Part shown: one piece after another, positions 9,978 to 18,166 of the stretch
Layout: each line of letters opens with the position of its first letter
Numbering within the stretch: the first letter of the stretch is position 1
DNA from: Azolla caroliniana
Taxonomy: Eukaryota; Plantae; Polypodiophyta
Direction of reading: 5' to 3'
DNA length: 18,166 nucleotides
NCBI GenBank assembly: GCA_043228905.1
Contig: JBHGNT010000659.1
Coordinates: 1-18,166 of the forward strand
Program-made: the position numbers and the translations under genes
The notes under the pieces: generated by a model
Told to the model about the DNA's origin: nothing
The model's input: only the letters and a program-made list of their open reading frames with translations
The model's database searches: none

Positions 9978-10497
9978 CTCCCCCTCAAGCTCAACTTGAG
10001 GTTCCGTCCGCTCCTCCGAATCTACGCTCCAGTTCCTTCTGGCTTCACGCCTCACTCGCGCTCCTCAACCCGTTCGATTCCGTGCGCCTCGACTCTTCTG
10101 GTCGGTTTGTCTGCTCATCTGGCCCTTCTCAGCTCCTTTGCTATTGCGGTGTCAGCGCATCCTTCGCTTGCCTTTTCTCCGCATGGCCTTCAGTTGATTC
10201 GGTGTATTCGAATTGAACACTTCCGATTCAATTCTGCTCTCATCCGAATTGGTTGTCTCCAATTCGTCTCCTGTTTTTAGGCCTTTGACTACATCAGACC
10301 ACGTCTTGGTCTTGGCCTTTACGCCCTTCTTGGCTGTATCTCCCCCTAATTTTGCTATCCTCGACTCTTCCCTACGGTTACGGCCCTTGCTCTTTTCTTC
10401 GACTTCTTTAGCCGGCCCGAAATTGAATTCATCACGGTCACTTCCGCCGCGATGACCACCTCCGCTCCTTTCACGCTCTTGTTCCTGTTCTTCCTTT
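9972..10497 (-). pseudogene. Highly charged/basic in-frame extension after the RNase H of Copia D; function unknown
   Basis: ORF 10550-10152 continues past NLRGR (KEEQEQERERSGG...KTWSDVVKGL...RRKGKRRMR). Reading through two TGA codons, it reaches EPQVELEGEC* in the LTR. Confidence 0.55.
9978..9989 (-). promoter_or_regulatory. Polypurine tract of D
   Basis: Minus strand CTTGAGGGGGAG abutting the LTR TG. Confidence 0.9.
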
Positions 10498-13400
10498 CTC
10501 CCCCTCAAGTTTGGCGTGTCGAGGTGACGCAAACCTAGCTCAGCTGACATAACTTGTCGAGACCAAGAGGCTTGGTGAAGATGTCGGCAACCTACCGATC
10601 TGTCGGAACATACACTAGTTCGACTGCACCTGAAAGGACTTGCTCTCAGACAAAATGGTAATGCACCTCAATGTGCTTGGTTCGGCGTGGAACACGGGGT
10701 TTTTCGCAAGGTGGATATTGCTAAGGTTGTCACAAAAGATTGTCGTTGGATCAGACACCTCTACATGCAGATCCCGTAATAGCCGTGTTAGCCAAATGAC
10801 TTCGCACGTAGCAACAGTCGCCCCTCGATACTCGGCCTCCGTGCTCGACAATGCTACTCTCGATTGCTTCTTACTGCTCCACGCAATCGCCGCACTTCCT
10901 AGAGAGAATGTGTATCCGGATGTGGATCTACGGTCGTGGGTGTTTCCGGTCCAATCAGCATCCGTGTAGCCGACTAACTGTTTGGCTACACCGGCTCGAT
11001 ATAGCAACGCCATGTCTTTCGTGCCGCTTACATATTGCAATATCCTTTGCGTGCACTGAAGGTGTTCAGCCATAGGCTGCGACATGAATTGACTGATTAA
11101 GCCGATCGGGTAGCTAAGATAGATGAGTAATCGTCAAATAGATGAGGCTTCCGACAATTTGTCAAAACCGTGTCGGGTCGCGTGCCTTTCCCGAATCTCA
11201 GCGAAGCTTTACGTTTCTGTCCAGAGAGATGGGCTTACAATTTGCCATCTCGAATTTGAAGAGCATATTCAACGCCTAATGACATTGGCTGATCAATATG
11301 CCTTTGGGGTTACGGATCACTTCGATCCCGAGGAAGTAATGAAGGTCTCTGAGATCTTTCATTTCCAATGATGCCACAAGTTGAGACTTTACACGGCAGA
11401 TTTCGTTCAGGTCGGCACCGGCGATGACTAAATCATCAACATACAATAGAAGACTTACCGGGCCATGTTGACCTTGCCGAACAAATAATGAAGAGTTAGA
11501 CTTCCACGTCGGAAACCCCATCTTACGCAACCGTTGCGTAATCTTTGCGTTCCATGCTCACGGGCTTGCTTGAGTCTGTAAAGTGACTTCTTCAGTCGGC
11601 AAACTGCCGAAGTGTTCTGTTCGGATAGAAATCCGGGGGGTTGTACCATGTACACCTGTTCCTCAAGATCACCTTGCAGGAACGCATTCTTTACATCCAT
11701 ATGATGTAATGCCACCCCTTTGCTGCAACTACGGCTAGCAAAACTCGCATGGTAGTCATCTTCACGACAGGCGCGAAAGTCTCGTCGTAATCTACGTTGT
11801 GCTTTTGCACATAGCCTTTTGCAACTAATCGGGCCTTGTATCGATTGACTGAGCCGTCGGTATTGTATTTCACTTTATACACCCACCTGCATCCGATCTG
11901 CTTAACATCCTTCGGTGTGTCAACCAGGTCACAAATCTCATTGACCGTTAAAGCGTGCATCTCGTCCTCCATCGCGGCACACCAATTTGCGTCTTTCGCC
12001 GCTTCTACGTAGCTCTCCGACTCATGCACTTCCTCCACTCGCGTCATGTACGCGTAATGATGTGCCATGTACTCATTATACCCGTATCTTTTTACGGGGT
12101 TCTTCTGGTAGGTAGATTGGCGTAATTCGTGATTACACGATTTCACGGCCTTTCCGACTAATTCTGACCTCTTCTGCGGAGGTTCCTTTACGATCGGCTC
12201 GATGTCAGATTTGCTCCGAACTGGCTTGGTGCTGCCGAAGTTGTATTCCGACATTTTCTTCTTGCCCTTCTCCTTGCGCGTAAACCGTCTCCTCGGTTCT
12301 TTACGCGGGGCCATCACGGTCGAGTCTCCACTACTTGCCATCTCTTCAATAGGTTGATCATTTCGGCTCAACCCTTGATTCGGCTCACTTAGCCGAAATG
12401 AGATCGGACTCTCTCTCAGAGCTCTGATTTCCTCTTCATGCAGAGGCATCTCAGCCTCGCTGACTTCTTCCTCATAATTCGGAGTCGTGAGGTATTGGAG
12501 GTGAAGGTAGGTACCACGAAGCGGATTCGTCGAACACGACATCTCGACTTACGTGTACTTCCTTTGTTCGGGGGTTATAGCATTTATACCCCTTCTGTTC
12601 GTCTGAGTAGCCGACTAAGATGCACTTTTCGGCTTTGGCGTCGAACTTCCTCCTCTTCTCCTTTGGCACATGCACATATGCAATGCTATCGACAATCCTC
12701 AAGTGTGCCAAATTCGACTTCTTCCCGAAATACAGCTCATGTGGCGATACTCCTCCATTAGCAAAAGTCCAATTCTGCAAGTAGATAGCCGTCTTCACGG
12801 CTTCAGCCCAATAAAATTTTGGCATATGCTTGTCTTCAAGCATTGGCTTGGCCGCTTCTTCGATTGTCCGATTCTTCCTTTCGGCTACACCGTTCTGCTC
12901 CGGCGTATATCTACACGAGAATTCATACTGAACTCCCTCCTTCTGTAGATAACTTGTGAACTGGTCGGAGAAGTACTCCTTCCCACCATCGGACCGTAGG
13001 CATTTGATCTTACGCCCCATTTCCCTTTCCGCAAGGCTCTTCACCTTCAGGAAACATGCGAAGACTTCGCTCTTCTTCTCAATTGTGCATGCCCTTGTGT
13101 GCCGAGTGAAGTCATCGATGAAGGTTACAAAGTAACGGCTTCCACCGAGAGTCACGTTCTGTGCCGGTCCCCACACATCCAAGTGGATCAAGTCGAGCAG
13201 ATTACAGCTCCAATTACGCTCGTTGGGGAATGGAAGTCGATGTTGTTTACCCATCTGACAGGGACTTGGCCATTACGGCCCCAAAATTTCGGCAAGCCGA
13301 AAACAATGTTCTTCATCTACATCTCACGAAGCCATGGGAAATTTACATGGCCGAACCGTTTGTGCCACTAGTCGATATCTGTTTCGACTTTTTGTCCTTT

Positions 13401-14774
13401 CATGTACAATGCGGTTTCGGTTTGATTAGTGTCGAGGATAAACATCCTCGCTTCACGGCGCCCTTGCGTGATTACTTTGCCTTCCTCTTCTATGAAGTAG
13501 GCGAAATGTGTGAATCGAACTTGCATACCTTGGTCAACGATTTGTCTGACCGACACAAGGTTCTTGGTTATTGTCGGAACGTGCAACACGTTCATGAGCT
13601 TCCCTTTCTGCCCGACATGGCTGAGGGGAACTTCACCGACATGTTCGATGGTATGCGGAGTGTCGTCTCTGGTTTCGACCACTCGTTGCAATTCCGGTTT
13701 CTCCTAGTACGAGAACCATTCCTCGTGACTCGTCATATGATTTGACGCTCTGGAATCAACATACCACACCTCACTCGATTTCGAGGTGTTCACGGCCATC
13801 AAATTGGCCTTATGCTTCATTACAAATGTGGGGCCCGATCCACTTCCAGCTCGTTTTGGGCCCTCAGTGTAGTGCGACTTTTGAGGCCTTCCTGTGTCTC
13901 TTCTGCTCGGTCCGGCTTTGTCCGAATCAGCTTATTTCTTCTAGCACTCGCTCTCCTTATGGCCTTTCTTGCCACAGTACCAGCATTCCGACGCAGCCTT
14001 CTCTTGCCGGCTTCCGGTGCCGCCAGGACTCCCCTTGCTTGTGGAGGGTTCAGAACTGTTGTCGGCATTTCGATTCTGCCACTTGTTCTGCTCTTGTCGA
14101 CCGCGTCCACTGTGCGCCAATCCACCTCGTCCACCACAACCACGGGGCCTATCTTCCTCCGTGTACAACATCTTGCCATTGGTGTGCGTACTCGTCGACG
14201 CACCCGCGTGATTTTCCTCCACGAGCAACATTGACTAAAGCTCGAAGAACGAAGGCGTATTCTCCCTCGTACAAACCGCCGTTCGGAAGGCTCCGAACCT
14301 GGACGCTAGCCCAACAAGGAAAACCTACACCATTTCATCTTCCTCAACGTTCACGTTGACGGAGGCGAGAGAATCGCATATTTCCTTGATTCGGGCCGTG
14401 TAATCAGCCACAGACAGATTTTTCTGCCGAACATTGCTGAGCTCCTGCTTCAGCTGCAGCTTCCTGGCCGTTGTGCTTCCGGCTAAAATCTTTTTGAGAT
14501 TCGCCCACGCATCCTTTGGTGTCTTAGCATCCCGAATATAGCTCAATAGCTGGTCACTCACATAGGATGCAAAGCAGTAGAGAACTCTACTTGCTGCTTG
14601 TTCCCAAGCCGAAAAATCTCTGTGTGTCAAATCCGGTGCTACATCATAAGCTCCTTCGACATAACTCTAGTAGTCGTGACCGAGCACGTACTGGTGCATC
14701 TTGTACGACCAAGATGCGTAGTTACTCCTGTCGAGCTTTTCAGTCGGTAGCGACCTTCCCATACCTCTGTCCAT
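10498..14774 (-). pseudogene. gag-pol: gag-pol polyprotein of Copia D with many stops and frameshifts
   Basis: gag: ATG 14774 MDRGMGRSLPTEKLDRSNYASW, AKTPKDAW, CWYCGKKGHKESEC. PR: WYVDSRASNHMT. WHKRFGH. INT: IHLDVWGP, RSDGGKEY, PEQNGVAERKNRT. RT: YKARLVAKGY, MDVKNAFL, LYVDDL. RH: GYTDADW, STEAEY, CDN, ADIFTKPL. Confidence 0.95.
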
Positions 14775-14873
14775 ATTGTTGTCTTTTTCTTTTCCGAAAA
14801 AAATCGAAGAACAACTTCAACTCTGTTTTGTCGCAAGCTTTTCTTATCAGCTGCAGAGGACTTCAACCCTCGT

Positions 14874-14885
14874 GCTTTGATACCA
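14874..14885 (-). promoter_or_regulatory. Primer-binding site of D, tRNA-iMet type
   Basis: Minus strand TGGTATCAAAGC directly abutting the 5' LTR end. Confidence 0.88.
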
Positions 14886-15287
14886 TGTAAAAGAATACAT
14901 GTGTGTAAACACAGAGTACATAGTTCGGAAATAAGATAGTTTGGTAAACGCATAAAACATAGAGATGGAGATGGAGATGGAGAGATAGAGAGAGAGCAGA
15001 CAACTCATTTCTATTTCAAAAATAATGACGCTTTGTACATAGGATGTGCTTAGTGAGCACTTTTATACAAGTCCATACAGACTGACTGAAGTACTAACAT
15101 GTACTTCAATGCTCATAAATGAGCTCTACACGAACTCCCAAAATATATTCCTACGCGAAATATCTTTCCAACGTCCTCGCGGTTTACGCACCGCTACGGC
15201 CTATTGTGCACACGGTTTTACGCACCCAGTTTATGCATTGGGTTACGCACCCGATTACGCACCGAATGTTGAGCTTGTCTCTCAACA
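14886..15287 (-). repeat. 5' LTR of Copia D (402 bp)
   Basis: Homologous to 9601-9977 with about 25 substitutions and three indels. Confidence 0.93.
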
Positions 15288-16382
15288 GGTCTTTTTGGCC
15301 GCACTCCAGGAACCGCTACGAACGATGTTGACAATATTTGACTTCCAAACAAGCACCATGGATGAAGTCATCGACCGGGTGCTAGAAATCGATAGGGCCC
15401 ATGATAGCAATCACATGGCAATGGGAGCTCTACACCGAGTGCTACCCAAAGAAGAGAACTCACGGTTTCGACAGGCAGTCCAATGTATAACGTGCCCCAA
15501 CCCCGGTCACTCGATGTTAGAATGCACGATGCGGACACAATGCATGTTGTGCCACTCTCGGTCCCATACCATGGACTAGTGCGAGTACAACCTGCTCAAT
15601 CGGCAAGCGGCACCGATACGACACATGGAACCCCGGAGCAAACAACAACCAGAAGAGGGACGGTTCTGGTGGGAAGAACGATATCGACCGGAAGATAGGG
15701 ACCGGTACGACGTCAGAAGAAGAGAGGACTACGACGATGACCGCAACTACCAGTGAGGGGGAGACTACAATCGGGAGCGTTACGATCGCGACTACTCCCC
15801 GATTATAATCGTATAAGAGATGACAGAAGATACCCGGAACGACAGGAGTACCCAGATCAGGATAGACGGTACCCGGAACGCCAAGGGAACCAGAACCACC
15901 ACCGCCACAACCATAAGGGAAAGAATCGCTAAGAAGAATGTTGGGAATTGGCCAGAGAATACCGAAGGAAGACGAATGCAGAAATGACCATCCCAATCCC
16001 GCAACCGGAGCAACAAAGGCTAGAGGAAACCAACCAGATGAATTCCGGTAGTATGCCGAGAACGATGGAGAAAGGAGAATCAAGTAATAACTGGAGCGTG
16101 TACTGTTACTACTGCCAGAAGGAAGGACATTATAGTAGTCAGTGCCCGTGCAAGACTAACGAAACTAGTCGGCCGTGAATATGGTAATCGAAGAGGTGAC
16201 CGACGTTCAACAAGTCACCACAAGAGCTAAAGGGAAAACTACCAAGGGGGAAAATCAGGAGGCCATCCGAAAGCAGGCTACCGAATGGATACAGACGACC
16301 AATGAACGGAACGCGGTGTCGTGAAGATTCTCGTCCATAGTGAGAAACCGGGGAATATCGGAAGAATCGGCAGGGTGGAGCA
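15288..16382 (+). pseudogene. gag: gag of element B, right part, three CCHC knuckles; cut off by LTR sequence at ~16383
   Basis: VFLAALQEPLRTML...RFRQAVQCITCPNPGHSMLEC...CMLCHSRSHTMD*CEYNLLNR...GESS...CYYCQKEGHYSSQCP...VNMV...VQQVTTR is colinear with A's gag. Confidence 0.87.
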
Positions 16383-17124
16383 TGTGCACCCACCCTTATA
16401 TAAATTGTGTAAATGATAGGGGCGCCATTATGGTGCCAGACAGTAGTTAATTTGGGACAGAGGATCCCATGTAATATGGGATTTATCCCACATTGTTATG
16501 CATCCCTCTCCTTGTTCTATAAAAGGAAGGGAGCACCCTTTGTAAAGGGGTTGCCCATTTTTGAGTCATAAGGGTATATACCATTTTGGTCGAGGGTCTT
16601 TCCGTTAGGAGTTGGTCTAGGGTTAGTAACTTTCTTTGTAGTCTTCTTCTTCTTCTTCTCCTTCTGGAGAAGTTGGGGCGCTGCAGCCATGGCGGCAAAG
16701 CTCTGTTAGGGTTGTGTTCTTCGTCTTTTCCTTCTTCGTTGTTGTGCGCGTTGAGTCCTCGAGTCTGTTCTGAGTGTAGGCCGGCCCGAAGCAGGGTTTG
16801 TATCTATCTTTGTGAATATACACATATTTATATATATATATATAAGAATGCAAGAGTTTGAATCTCTACCGGTGTCACGCGTGTTTCCCTTACTCTGTTC
16901 TCTGTACAAACAAGGCGTGGTCTGAGTCGGTGTTGTGCACATATTCTCTCTCTCCTCTCCTCTCTTGTTCTCGCCCGATTCCGGTACGTGTTCCGAATAG
17001 CCCCGGTTTGTACCACGACCGGTGCAATTGAACCGGAGAGGGTCGGCTTCCCGGCATCCATCTCTTCCTGGTCTGAGACCTCGTGGTCCCGCCCTTCTAC
17101 ATGCACTCAAGTAATAACGCAACA
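16383..17124 (+). repeat. LTR sequence preceding element E: either one 742-bp LTR, or a solo LTR 16383-16941 fused to the 3' part of another LTR
   Basis: Begins TGTGCAC where B coding ends. TATAAAA at 16518-16524 and CT-rich tracts. Ends GCAACA 4 nt before a PBS. An internal GTGCACA ends at 16941. Confidence 0.65.
16829..16844. repeat. (TA)8 microsatellite inside the LTR
   Basis: tatatatatatatata read directly. Confidence 0.85.
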
Positions 17125-17128
17125 TATT

Positions 17129-17146
17129 TGGTGACCCTGACGTGAA
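17129..17146 (+). promoter_or_regulatory. Primer-binding site complementary to the tRNA-Trp 3' end
   Basis: TGGTGACCCTGACGTGAA, compared with the complement of the eukaryotic tRNA-Trp(CCA) 3' end, TGGTGA(C/A)CCCGACGTGA. Confidence 0.8.
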
Positions 17147-17161
17147 GGGCGGCAAGGGAGA

Positions 17162-18166
17162 ATGGAGTTGGAAGAAGACAACTTCGCACAACTTTTTGTC
17201 GAAGCGGTGAGGGAGCTGTCGAATGCGTGGCCGAAAGGGTCGGCCGTTTCAACGGGGACAAAGTCCCATCTTACATGCAAGCCTACAACGAGGAGATGGA
17301 GGCGTGAGGCGTGGACGATGCATTCAGGCTAGAGTTTTTCTGTTGGATCGCGGCCCCTTGGGTATACGCGGAAGTAAAAGAGCTCGGAGAGGCCCACAGT
17401 TCGTGGGAAACTTTCGAAAGGGCACTCTGGCGGGCATACGGCAAACTGCCAAGGGGTCGAAACCGGTGCGACTTTGACCAATGGGTAGCATCGTCCAAGA
17501 CCCACCGTCGAGCAACTAAGGCGTTCCAGGAGTTCAGGTGATGCTTCGCACGGCTCCCAGAGCGGGAACAAAGACTGGTGGGGGCGGACAAAGTCCTACT
17601 ATTCGTCAGGTCGATACACCAGGCGGAACAGGAGGTCATCGAAATCGAACTCGAAGAAGATGACGGAGCGAATGGCCTCACGGAGGACTGGTCGAAAGTC
17701 GGAAGGGTATGCCAACGACTAGATGACGAGCGAGCCGATAAAGCTAGGGGGAAGGCGTGCAACAGCGCGCTATCACAGCAAGAAGAGGGTGAGCGGCAAG
17801 GCTCGGCTTCGGGGCCAGGATTGTGGAGGTGTACGAAGCTCTCGAGGCAATGCTCGAGGAAGAGGAAAGATCGAGGCAGCAAGCTGACGCCAAGGAGACA
17901 GACTTGCCCCATGAGATGGTAGAAGATCAGTACGACGGTGCCATGGAAGAGGGTGCGGAACAAAACGCCCTCTTGGTTTGCGGAGATAGAACAGCCAAGG
18001 ACAAGACCGAGATACCGATCGCAGATTTGGAACAATGGGGTCGGCGATTTTGGGCACGTAAGCCCGAAACACCGGACATTGGAGAAGCAACCCTAGGCAG
18101 GGCTTTCACGATCGGAAAGAAGACGGCCACCGACCACGAGGAGTCGGTGGCTATGGATAAGGGCGT
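17162..18166 (+). pseudogene. gag: gag-like region of a further Ty3/Gypsy element (E), degenerate, runs off the right edge
   Basis: ATG 15 nt after the PBS end. After a frameshift: RVGRFNGDKVPSYMQAYNEEM...SSWETFERAL...VGADKVLLFVRSI...NGLTEDWSKV. Position after LTR+PBS and the FxG..Y / SW..F..AL pattern fit a retrotransposon capsid. Confidence 0.7.

Larger units (their letters stand above)
9601..15287 (-). mobile_element. Full-length Ty1/Copia LTR retrotransposon (element D), degenerate, 5-bp TSD agtct/ggtct
   Basis: Two LTRs with TG...CA termini, Met PBS, PPT, gag-PR-INT-RT-RH order. TSD at 9596-9600 and 15288-15292. Confidence 0.96.

Noticed and set aside
13161-14359. Long plus-strand ORFs (194 aa, 205 aa, 140 aa)
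   Set aside because: They are antisense to Copia gag-pol and show no recognisable motifs.
15046-15579. 177-aa ORF as a real gene
   Set aside because: It is a chance fusion of antisense Copia LTR sequence (also giving ORF 9761-9955) with B's gag.

Overview
This window is a stack of nested, decayed LTR retrotransposons with no host genes. It is almost certainly from a plant; a non-seed plant is suggested but is inference only. Five elements can be resolved. (A) A minus-strand Tat-like non-chromovirus Ty3/Gypsy: 5' LTR 9012-9460, Arg-type PBS, gag 8957->7122, pol resuming at 421->1. (C) A plus-strand chromovirus inserted in A: 5' LTR 422-877, Met PBS, a ~1.7 kb structured leader, gag-PR-RT-RH-INT-chromodomain, PPT and a 3' LTR cut off at 7121 by a deletion that also removed A's protease. 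(B) A plus-strand relative of A, whose gag (9461-9600 + 15288-16382) is the insertion substrate. (D) A full-length minus-strand Ty1/Copia, 9601-15287, with TSD agtct/ggtct. (E) LTR sequence from 16383, a tRNA-Trp PBS and a different Gypsy gag running off the right edge. Apart from the short open pol fragment at 1-421, all coding regions are pseudogenised, mostly by C->T changes. The most unusual signals are a 56-bp-phased array of five GAGGT-N4-(A/G)CCTC hairpins in a probable intron of the chromovirus leader, and a ~175-codon basic extension after the Copia RNase H bracketed by two identical polypurine tracts.
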